Below are positions 52,557-60,761 of a stretch of DNA of 64,000 nucleotides, piece after piece. How positions within the stretch are numbered: the first letter of the stretch is position 1; every line of letters starts with the position of its first letter. The notes under the pieces are model-generated. The model was given only the letters and a program-made list of their open reading frames with translations. It did not search any database and was not told where the DNA came from. A program made the translations under genes and the position numbers. This DNA is from Phormidesmis sp. (GTDB lineage Bacteria; Cyanobacteriota; Cyanobacteriia; Leptolyngbyales; Leptolyngbyaceae), in NCBI GenBank assembly GCA_965248535.1, contig CBDFJR010000005.1, forward strand, positions 1,344,001 to 1,408,000, written 5' to 3'.

Positions 52557-52946
52557 ATGAAAAAGCTTCTCACTCTTACTCTATTGACTGCTGCTAGTTG
52601 TTTTTTTGTAGGTAAAGCTATGGCAGAAACGCCATTACTTATTTACGGGGCTCCGCCAAGAGGACAAGGAACAATCTTTTTGGGTTGTATCAACTGCAAT
52701 CGTTCACATCCAAGCTCTTTGGCAAACAGCATCGGTGACTATGGAAGTCGAATTTCTGACTTAAGTATTTACAATCGCATCGGTGATTATGGAAGTCGAA
52801 TTTCTGATGTCAGTGCTTGTAATTCTTACGCAAGTAGTCCACCCATCGTAGTAAACGGTGATGGCGATGTTGTTGGTTATCTTACTGTAAATAGACGTAC
52901 GAATGGTGTAATTTTAGATCCCCGCATCATTGGTGCTTGTCAATAA
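52557..52946 (+). CDS. Small secreted hypothetical protein with internal repeat
   Basis: Signal peptide MKKLLTLTLL...AMA; FLGCINC; IGDYGSRISD twice. Confidence 0.8.
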   Translation: MKKLLTLTLLTAASCFFVGKAMAETPLLIYGAPPRGQGTIFLGCINCNRSHPSSLANSIGDYGSRISDLSIYNRIGDYGSRISDVSACNSYASSPPIVVNGDGDVVGYLTVNRRTNGVILDPRIIGACQ

Positions 52947-53173
52947 TTAAACTAACTTTTGATACTGCAAGTGGTTATTTTGAATAGGTTTGATTTTTCA
53001 AGATAGTTCCTTGATACAGGACAATAGGCTGTTGCAAAACCGATAAGCAAGCCAGTATGCTCGCCACTCTTCTAGATTATCTTGAATTTCGCGAAACCCA
53101 ACACAAGCTCTGAAGCCAACGATCGCCTCACCCAGCTAAAATAAAAGGGTCAAGTCGCAACGAGATCAAGCCT

Positions 53174-53446
53174 ATGACAGTTCGACAACCCCGCTACAGC
53201 AAAGAAGAATTTGCTCGACGTGGCGATGAGATTTATGAATCTCAGGTTCGCTCTCAAGTTGAAGAAGGCAACCATGGCAAAATTGTGGCAATTGATCTCG
53301 AAACCGGAGCTTTTGAAGTTGATGCCCGTGAAATTGCTGCTTGCGATCGCCTCGAAGCCCGTCACCCAGACGCTCAAATCTGGATTGTCCGCATTGGTTC
53401 CCGCCATGTTCGTCGATTTGGCGGACGCACAAAGAGAGCCGTATGA
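53174..53446 (+). CDS. Small hypothetical protein, TA-like partner of clan AA protease
   Basis: RYSKEEFARRGDEIYESQVRSQVEEGNHGKIVAIDLETG; ATGA overlap with next gene. Confidence 0.75.
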   Translation: MTVRQPRYSKEEFARRGDEIYESQVRSQVEEGNHGKIVAIDLETGAFEVDAREIAACDRLEARHPDAQIWIVRIGSRHVRRFGGRTKRAV

Positions 53447-53820
53447 TCATCGGGATCGTCAACGCGGATTTTGAGCCGATTATTCCACTTTCAGTCTGTG
53501 GCTCCGATGGAACGGTTTGCGCACAAGACGCGATCGTGGACACAGGCTTTAATGGTTGGCTTTCACTGTCTCCAGATTTGATCGCTCAGTTAAATCTGAC
53601 CTAGAAAAGGCGAGGACGAGCCATTCTGGGCGATGGGAGCGAATGCGTTTTTGATGTTTATGAGGCAGTTTTAGTTTGGGATGGGAATCTTTTGACAATT
53701 CCAGTCGATGAGGCTGATTCAGAACCCCTTGTCGGGATGTCGCTGATGGAGGGATATGAGCTAATGGTGCAAGTATTTGAGAGCGGTCGTGTCGAACTCA
53801 ACAAAGTAACCGCGATTTAA
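53443..53820 (+). pseudogene. Clan AA aspartic protease with in-frame TAG at 53602-53604
   Basis: AIVDTGFNGWLSL...LNLT*KRRGRAILGDGSE...PLVGMSLMEG; frame continues to TAA at 53820. Confidence 0.8.
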
Positions 53821-53953
53821 CAAGTCATTGCACGTCGATCGTATCGAGTTATCTAGTTAAGTCTTGGATGTAATCGCTCTATTTCCATTCTTGATCGAAG
53901 TCGTTTAGTGTTCACCTTTATTTTTTGTGTACAAATGTGCATACAATTGAAGC

Positions 53954-54220
53954 ATGGTGTATCAATGGGACAACTACAAAGCAGCGGCTAATCTTCGCAA
54001 ACATGGGATTGATTTTGCCGATGCTGTGCTTGTTTTCTCAGATGACCTTGCCATTACAGTGACAGACGATCGCTTTGACGAAAGGCGATTTATCACGATC
54101 GGAACCGATGCCTTGAGCCGAGTGCTTGTGGTTGTCTACACCTACCGAGAAACTGCGATTCGACTGATCTCGGCTCGGTCTGCAACTCGCCAAGAACGCA
54201 GACAATACGAAGAGGGCTAA
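53954..54220 (+). CDS. brnT: BrnT family toxin
   Basis: YQWDNYKAAANLRKHGIDFADA...IRLISARSAT. Confidence 0.92.
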   Translation: MVYQWDNYKAAANLRKHGIDFADAVLVFSDDLAITVTDDRFDERRFITIGTDALSRVLVVVYTYRETAIRLISARSATRQERRQYEEG

Positions 54221-54486
54221 TGATGGAACCAGAATACGACTTTAGCAAGGGGCAACGAGGAGCGATCGACCCATCGGGCGCTGGAAAAACCCGCATCACG
54301 ATTCGGATCGATGATGCAGTATTAGCTTGGTTTAAAGAACAAGTTCATTTGGCAAATGGCGGCAACTACCAGACCTTGATTAATGAGGTTCTCAAAGCCC
54401 ACATTCAACAGCAGCACGAGCCTCTAGAAGACACACTGCGACGAGTGTTGCGAGAAGAACTAGACCGCATTGAAAAACAGGTATGA
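54220..54486 (+). CDS. brnA: BrnA antitoxin
   Basis: EYDFSKGQRG...KTRITIRIDDAVLAWFK...YQTLINEVL. Confidence 0.9.
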   Translation: MMEPEYDFSKGQRGAIDPSGAGKTRITIRIDDAVLAWFKEQVHLANGGNYQTLINEVLKAHIQQQHEPLEDTLRRVLREELDRIEKQV

Positions 54487-54633
54487 GCGTGAGTGCGTCA
54501 GACCTAAGAGTCAAAGTTAAGGTTTAGATGCGATCGCTCCCTATCCCCTTCCCGATCGCTTTGCATCTAGATTGATGGAGTTGGGAAACCGCCTGAATGG
54601 AGACTATCAGAGTCATCACGGCTCCCCAACATC

Positions 54634-55005
54634 CTATAGTTGAATCGTGGTTTTGCTGGGCACCTCCTCTACTTGTATTAGGGAACCACTACCCAGAACA
54701 ATGTTGAACTTCACAAGTGATCGTTCTACTTGATATCCGGGCAACACTCGCACAATCTGATACTCTGTGGTCAGATCACTGGTGCCATCCCACTTCAGCA
54801 ATGCTAGTTGATTAGATGAGATTTCACTCAGTTGGGAGACAAACTCTTCAATGCTGTCGCTAACATCCGAAACAATGCCAGACGACACAAAGAGATAACG
54901 CTCTTGCAAATCCAAAGTCACACTGACTCGATAACGCTTTTCCACCGAGCAACGCAACTCAATGGTGAACGAAATCGAGCTAGGAACGATCGTCCTAACT
55001 GCCAT
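54634..55005 (-). CDS. Hypothetical protein
   Basis: 123-aa ORF with GAGG upstream of ATG; no family recognised. Confidence 0.55.
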   Translation of the reverse strand: MAVRTIVPSSISFTIELRCSVEKRYRVSVTLDLQERYLFVSSGIVSDVSDSIEEFVSQLSEISSNQLALLKWDGTSDLTTEYQIVRVLPGYQVERSLVKFNIVLGSGSLIQVEEVPSKTTIQL

Positions 55006-55343
55006 AGTTTCTGTCCTCTTAGTTAAGTTAAAGAGGACAAAAACACGGATCTCTCAGATATTGGGTTGGGGTGAAATCTGTATGCAGGATCTTGATTCCA
55101 GCCTTTCAAGATCCCATAGCAAAGCTGACGGTGTACAATCATGAACGCCTCCTGAGTTATTTGCGGTAACTAGGGATGGAAGTCCTCGGAGTCTGATTTG
55201 GCCGATCAGATTTCCGGGGCACAACTCCATCACTGCGGTGTATTGTACTAGAGTTTTTTGTTTTTTGGAATGCTGAATTTTTTGGAGAGCGATCAAGCCG
55301 CTCGCGCAAATAGAAATCTATAGGCGATGGGCAACTTTTTCTT

Positions 55344-55427
55344 AGCCCCCTCAAAAAGGGGGTTTGGGGGATCGCATCGTCGGAGGCACGATCCAGAGAT
55401 CCCTAAATCCCCCTTTTTAAGGGGACT
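55344..55427. repeat. Miniature inverted-repeat element of the cyanobacterial CCCCCTTTTTAAGGGGG type
   Basis: ~30-bp imperfect inverted arms (55344-55373 and 55398-55427), each itself palindromic. Confidence 0.7.
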
Positions 55428-55461
55428 TTGATCTGTCCTACTGTACTGGCGAAATGCGCGA

Positions 55462-55719
55462 TCAAGATCCCTTTTGGTTTTGCGATCGGAACCGTCCCGA
55501 TAGAAAGTCTCGCTTTTTGAGGTGTTTAGTCCCTCGCCCAGTGACTCGCTCACGCCACATCCGAAAACTGGAGGGTTTCATCTCGCGACGCATCAGCGCG
55601 ATCGTTTGTGACTCAGTTAAGCCAAACTGAAGCTCGATCGCTTCAAAGGTCGTCCGGTCTTCCCACGCCATTTCGAGAATGCGATCGAGGGTTTCGCTCT
55701 CTAATTCTGGTAAATCCAT
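55462..55719 (-). CDS. TIGR03643 (DUF2805) family protein
   Basis: DRILEMAWEDRTTFEAIELQFGL...MKPSSFRMWRERVTGRGTKH. Confidence 0.88.
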   Translation of the reverse strand: MDLPELESETLDRILEMAWEDRTTFEAIELQFGLTESQTIALMRREMKPSSFRMWRERVTGRGTKHLKKRDFLSGRFRSQNQKGS

Positions 55720-55744
55720 CAGATCAAAAAGATAAATCGCTGGA

Positions 55745-56350
55745 CTAGTTTACAGGAATAAGTTTGCGGACTTCTGCGATCGGGTTGACCGACTCAACTT
55801 CTGGAAAATGCTTATCTACTAAATCAGGAATTTCGCTGGCACCAATTTTGCAATAGCGCGTTTTACCCGGCATCACGACATTAGGGCCTTTGCCGCAGTT
55901 TTTCATGCAGCCTGTGCCTTTGATGGTGACGTGATCATCTAGCCCACGATCGCTGAGTGCTGTCTCTAGGGCTTGACAAATGGCTTTGCCGCCGCGCTTC
56001 ATGCAGCCCGATTTTTGACAGACGAGGATCGTTTCTGACGATTTTTTAACCGCAGGCTTGGGCTGGGCAATTGGGGCAGTGGGAACGATTGGTTCGATAA
56101 AGTCAGCTTTAAATCGGGTGGTGTGAGTGTCTCGATCGAGCTTCTTTCTACCAGACACGCGCACCCAATCACCCGCAACCAAGCCATGACTTAAGCCAAT
56201 TCGCGCTTCTTTGGTGAGCTTAATTGAGCATTCACCCTCGGCGGTGGCAAGCTGAAATCGCTTAATTTTATGACCCGCTTCGGTCTGATATCCCAAAAAG
56301 CGCCCTTCTAAGCTGAACGGGGTCACTTGGCTCGTCTTAGATTTTCCCAT
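55745..56350 (-). CDS. Thioredoxin-like (2Fe-2S) ferredoxin domain protein
   Basis: ILVCQKSGCMKRGG...TGCMKNCGKGPNV. Confidence 0.85.
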   Translation of the reverse strand: MGKSKTSQVTPFSLEGRFLGYQTEAGHKIKRFQLATAEGECSIKLTKEARIGLSHGLVAGDWVRVSGRKKLDRDTHTTRFKADFIEPIVPTAPIAQPKPAVKKSSETILVCQKSGCMKRGGKAICQALETALSDRGLDDHVTIKGTGCMKNCGKGPNVVMPGKTRYCKIGASEIPDLVDKHFPEVESVNPIAEVRKLIPVN

Positions 56351-56411
56351 TGTCAAACTCCGATGTGATCAAATTGCTAGACGACGTGTTTTTTAGAAGA
56401 CTGAACCCTGT

Positions 56412-56490
56412 GCATTATTGCAAGTAATATTCAATAATGCGGCTATCTTAACCTTACAACAAACTTTTTTATTTGCAAACTATTCTCATT
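56412..56490. promoter_or_regulatory. Two Fur-box-like sites
   Basis: ATTGCAAGTAATATTCAAT (56417-56435, within the palindrome GCATTATTG-N11-CAATAATGC) and TTTGCAAACTATTCTCATT (56472-56490). Confidence 0.55.
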
Positions 56491-56584
56491 AAGAATATAG
56501 GCATTGAGGGCAAAGATCATCCGCCATCAAGAGTATCTAGGGTTGTCGTGCGATAGTGAGTTGGCAGCAATCTTTGAAGGAACT

Positions 56585-57367
56585 ATGTCTGCAACTACTC
56601 CGATCGTGCTCGCGCTAGATTTTGATGGCGTTATTTGTGATGGACTGAGAGAATACTTTCAAACCGCATGGCAGGCCTATTGTCAGATTTGGCAGCCTGA
56701 TGATGAGACTCCGAACCCAGCGCTAGCGCCTCAGTTTTATCGGTTGCGCCCTGTGGTTGAGACGGGTTGGGAGATGCCAATTCTGATTAGGGCGCTGGTC
56801 TTAGGCATCGAAGAAAGCAAGATTTTGCAGGATTGGGCCCCGATCGCCGCTCAAATTATCGCTGATGACGAGTTAAATGCTACTAACATCAGCGCGATCG
56901 TGGATGGCCTTCGCGATCAGTGGATTGCAGCAGATTTAGAGGGCTGGTTAGCCGAACACCGCTTCTATCCGGGGGTAATTGAGCGACTGCGCGGAGTCTT
57001 AGCGAGTTCAACGGATTGCGTGATCATCAGTACCAAAGAAGGTCGCTTTATTAAACAACTGTTGCAACAGCAAGGGGTGAGTTTATCCGATCACCAAGTT
57101 TATGGCAAAGAAGTCAAACGTCCGAAATATCAAATTCTTAAAGAGCTAACGCTTGAGTATGGGGAGACGACTCCGATTTGGTTTATTGAGGATCGGTTGA
57201 AGACTTTAGAATCGGTTAAGAATCAGCCGGGATTGGAGAATGTGACCTTGTTTTTGGCCGACTGGGGCTATAACACGATCGGCGATCGCGACTCGATTCT
57301 AGACGACGATCACCTTCACCTTTTATCTTTAAAACAATTCACGCAAGAGTTTGCGGTGTGGATCTGA
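56585..57367 (+). CDS. HAD family hydrolase
   Basis: LALDFDGVICDG, ISTKEGRF, FIEDRLKTL, LADWGYN. Confidence 0.9.
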   Translation: MSATTPIVLALDFDGVICDGLREYFQTAWQAYCQIWQPDDETPNPALAPQFYRLRPVVETGWEMPILIRALVLGIEESKILQDWAPIAAQIIADDELNATNISAIVDGLRDQWIAADLEGWLAEHRFYPGVIERLRGVLASSTDCVIISTKEGRFIKQLLQQQGVSLSDHQVYGKEVKRPKYQILKELTLEYGETTPIWFIEDRLKTLESVKNQPGLENVTLFLADWGYNTIGDRDSILDDDHLHLLSLKQFTQEFAVWI

Positions 57368-57397
57368 GACCCTAAACGATCCGCAAACACTCGTGCT

Positions 57398-57973
57398 CTA
57401 ATCAGTTTGAGCCAGTTTTGCAGAATAAATGTGCCAAGTGCGATCGTCGGCTGAGGTTCCATCAACAAGCGATCGACGTAAGACATAAGTTCCTTTAAAG
57501 TGCTGCACTGTCTGGTTTTTAGTTGTTGCGGTTAGCATCACCGGAACCCTGACATATTGCGACCCTGCCGCGCCTTCTATTTGACTCGGTTCGCTAATGT
57601 TGACTTGAGTAGAGGTCGTTTCTGCAAAGCCGTTTTTAAACGCCTCAAAGGTCTGATGGCTGGCCGAGCCGTTGTCTTGCCAGGCGCGATAGGCTTGAGC
57701 ATAGTCTCGGCGATCGAGGGCATCATAATATCCCTGAATGACCGCAACCGCGTTGTCAGACTCAGAACGGGTGTCTTGAGCGACAGCCTTTAACGGGGAA
57801 ACGGTCACCGCAGAAGGCTGTGCAGGAGTGGGAGTTAAAGAGGGAGTCGGCGCGGTAGTGGCTTGCAGACTAGGTGCAGGGCTGCTCTGAAGGTCTGGAT
57901 TTTGAGCCGAACTACAGCCTGACACCCAGCCAAGCGCTAACACGCTGATCGTTAGAAAATGAGAGGTTTTCAT
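57398..57973 (-). CDS. Hypothetical lipoprotein
   Basis: Lipobox VSGC, Pro/Thr-rich linker, YYDALDRRDYAQAYRAW, EGAAGSQY. Confidence 0.8.
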   Translation of the reverse strand: MKTSHFLTISVLALGWVSGCSSAQNPDLQSSPAPSLQATTAPTPSLTPTPAQPSAVTVSPLKAVAQDTRSESDNAVAVIQGYYDALDRRDYAQAYRAWQDNGSASHQTFEAFKNGFAETTSTQVNISEPSQIEGAAGSQYVRVPVMLTATTKNQTVQHFKGTYVLRRSLVDGTSADDRTWHIYSAKLAQTD

Positions 57974-58433
57974 AGAGATTTTTATCGATAAAGCTGCGGT
58001 GTCGATTGAGCGGATTTTCGTAGAGCCTAAAGCCAGTGCTTAGGTCTATTCTATCGGACTGGATACACGCTGAAACCTGCCAGTTTCGCACTAGTGAATA
58101 GGATTGATAAAGTCTCTCTCTACAGAAGCACTATCACTACATCTTTAGAAAGAGAACACTCAGGTTCTAATTGATTAAATAGCTCGATAACGGTTAAGGT
58201 TACAAATTTGGAAACATAAAAAATCTTCGATTCGATAAAAACTATAATCCTAAATCCCAATCAGTAATTTGCTGAATGAATCAATCTTTGGATGTGGGCG
58301 ATCGTGGTTTTATCAGTGGTTTTATCAAAGGCTTTTAATCAGTCATGCCATCGCTTTAGCAAATTATCGATTGCTAAAAGTTTGATTACCCAATTCAAAC
58401 CGCTATGCTGTTAGAGAGACACTACACAACCTC

Positions 58434-59669
58434 ATGCTTGACCTGACCAAACTCGCGCAGCAGATGCAGGGCATTAGCCAACACCTCACCGTTGAAGCAG
58501 TGGCAACCCGGCAGCGCCTAGAACGGGCCCAATTTTTGATCGAGCAAGCCCGATCGCACCAAGAAGAACTAGTCGAACTACAAGAAACATGGCGCGATCG
58601 CTTGATTTTCACTGCCGCCACCCCGATCGAGCCGTTAGATACCTACCTCGACATTAGTCCGGCTCCGGTAGCACACACCGCGATCGCCACAGACGGCTCT
58701 CAAATTGCTCCCAGTCACCACGAGATCGCCTACTGCTATCTGATCAACGTCGGGCGCATCGTCTTGCACTATGGGCAAAGCAAACTGCCGCTTTTAGACA
58801 GCCTCCCCGAAGTGTTTTATCGCCCCGAAGATCTCTACGTCTCTCGTCAGTGGGGCATTCGCACCGAAGAATGGATGGGCTATCGCCGCACCGCGTCTGA
58901 AACGACCATGTTGGCAGAGCTTGCCAGTGCTCTCAATGACGAAGGCAGACGGCTGCAAATGCGCGAACAGGGAAGTCTTGCCCCCCAACCCTCGTTTATT
59001 ACCCATCCCTCAGTGGCGATGGTTGACGGCTCTTTAATTCACTGGTTTTTAGAGCCGATGCCCCACGAAGCGAGAGATATGATTCTCACGCCCATTCTCA
59101 AAGCGTGGGATCAGCTACGATCGCTCCGTGTCCCTTTAGTGGGCTATATCAGCGCCTCTCGCAGTGGCGAAGCGCTAAATTTTTTGCGATTGCAGACCTG
59201 TCCTTATCTGGCTCCTGACTGTGGCACCCACTGCGCCGGAAAAGCCGAGCGTCCGCCTTGCCAGGTGCTTGACCCGCTCAAAGACACCGCGCTTTGGGCC
59301 AAGCTTTTACAACCCGGACAGCGCAGCCCGCTCTGGCGCAGTTCTGCCAAAATCTTAGATTTGTATGGCGAGCACACCATTCACTTTTGCTATGTGAATG
59401 TCGGCAGTGAGATTGCGCGGGTTGAGGTTCCGGCTTGGGTTGCCCACGATGAAGAACTTTTAGACTCGGCGTTAAGTCTAACGCTGGCCCAAGTGCAAAA
59501 AGGCTATGGCTATCCGGTGGCGTTAGCAGAAGCCCACAATCAGGCCGTGGTGAGAGGCGGCGATCGCTCTCGTTTTTTTGCGCTGCTAGAGCAACAAATG
59601 ATCCGGGCAGGCTTGCGAAACGTCGGCACCTCCTATAAAGAAACTCGCAAACGGGGCAGCATTGCTTGA
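58434..59669 (+). CDS. nurA: NurA-domain nuclease
   Basis: ATDGSQI, MVDGSLI, EIARVEVP, GYGYPVALAEAHNQAVV. Confidence 0.88.
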   Translation: MLDLTKLAQQMQGISQHLTVEAVATRQRLERAQFLIEQARSHQEELVELQETWRDRLIFTAATPIEPLDTYLDISPAPVAHTAIATDGSQIAPSHHEIAYCYLINVGRIVLHYGQSKLPLLDSLPEVFYRPEDLYVSRQWGIRTEEWMGYRRTASETTMLAELASALNDEGRRLQMREQGSLAPQPSFITHPSVAMVDGSLIHWFLEPMPHEARDMILTPILKAWDQLRSLRVPLVGYISASRSGEALNFLRLQTCPYLAPDCGTHCAGKAERPPCQVLDPLKDTALWAKLLQPGQRSPLWRSSAKILDLYGEHTIHFCYVNVGSEIARVEVPAWVAHDEELLDSALSLTLAQVQKGYGYPVALAEAHNQAVVRGGDRSRFFALLEQQMIRAGLRNVGTSYKETRKRGSIA

Positions 59670-59687
59670 GTCTGCGGGGCTGCGGTT

Positions 59688-60086
59688 CTAATCAGGTGGC
59701 AACAGCGCTTTGATTTGATCGACAAACGCCTGGTGATCGATCACGGGTTTTGAGATGTAGTCATCGGCACCGCTCTGGCTGAGAAACTTTTCGCGATCGC
59801 CCTCCATCGCGTAAGCGGTCAGCAGAATCACAGGCAGTTTCATGGTCAGTGGGTTTGCCTTCAGCAGGCGCGTAATCTTGATGCCATCCATCACTTTGCC
59901 TTCATAGACACTGCGCGTCAGCGAGACATCCATCAAAATCAGAGCCACCTCTCCCGACTGGGCGATTTGGATCACCTCCGCCACGTCTTCGGTGTGCTTA
60001 ATTGCCAGTCCGCCGCGCTTGATCAAAACTTTTGAGAAGACGCGAACATTGGTCGGGTCATCCTCCACGATTAGAATAGTGGTCAC
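59688..60086 (-). CDS. Single-domain response regulator (DivK/CheY-like)
   Basis: ILIVEDD, ILMDVSL, LTAYAMEGDRE, YISKP. Confidence 0.9.
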   Translation of the reverse strand: MTTILIVEDDPTNVRVFSKVLIKRGGLAIKHTEDVAEVIQIAQSGEVALILMDVSLTRSVYEGKVMDGIKITRLLKANPLTMKLPVILLTAYAMEGDREKFLSQSGADDYISKPVIDHQAFVDQIKALLPPD

Positions 60087-60209
60087 TGAAAAGTCCTCTC
60101 TACAGGGTGATCAGCTAAAGAAATTAAGGTCATAACTTGCTAAAATTAACTTAAAGTAGTACTACTGTATTTACACCCTTGGGAGGAAGAGGTTCCCGCG
60201 ATCGCGCCA

Positions 60210-60605
60210 TCACCCAGGCAGCAACGCCAGCACCTGATCAACAAACGACTGGTGATCGATGACGGGTTTTGAAATATAGCCATCGGCACCGCTCTGTTGA
60301 AGAAAACTTTCTCGATCGCCCTCCATCGCGTGAGCCGTCACCAGCACGATCGGAATCGTTGCCGTTTGAGGATCAGCCTTTAAAAGCTGAGTCAGTTGAA
60401 TGCCATTCATCGGCTTGCCCTGGTAGGCACTTCTAGACAGCGACACATCCATCAAAATGATGTCCGCCTCTCCCGACTGAGCCACCTGAATGACCTCTGC
60501 CACATCTTCGGTATGCTTGACAGCTAACCCACCCCGATTAGTCAAAATCTTGGAGAAAACACGAGCATTTATCAAATCATCCTCCACAATTAAAGCGGTC
60601 TTCAT
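60210..60605 (-). CDS. Single-domain response regulator (DivK/CheY-like), tandem paralog
   Basis: ALIVEDD, ILMDVSL, VTAHAMEGDRE, YISKP. Confidence 0.9.
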   Translation of the reverse strand: MKTALIVEDDLINARVFSKILTNRGGLAVKHTEDVAEVIQVAQSGEADIILMDVSLSRSAYQGKPMNGIQLTQLLKADPQTATIPIVLVTAHAMEGDRESFLQQSGADGYISKPVIDHQSFVDQVLALLPG

Positions 60606-60761
60606 AAGCGCTATCCTCTCGGCGCGAGTCTCACAGGGTTAACGAACGTTGCGATCGAACGACAGAAGCAATAACACCACTCGCAGCGCAACTGTGATAA
60701 GAGTGATTACACTGAAATTAAAACAAACTTTTGTAAAGTTCGGAACAAAGGGACAAGGCTC

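Noticed and set aside
55172..55235. Fluoride riboswitch (GTGATGGAGTT start on minus strand)
   Set aside because: The P1 partner and the downstream GCTRATGACTYCTAC-type element are missing, and no crcB-type gene follows.
58304..58327. 12-bp tandem repeat GTGGTTTTATCA x2 upstream of nurA
   Set aside because: Only two copies in AT-rich DNA; insufficient support for a function.
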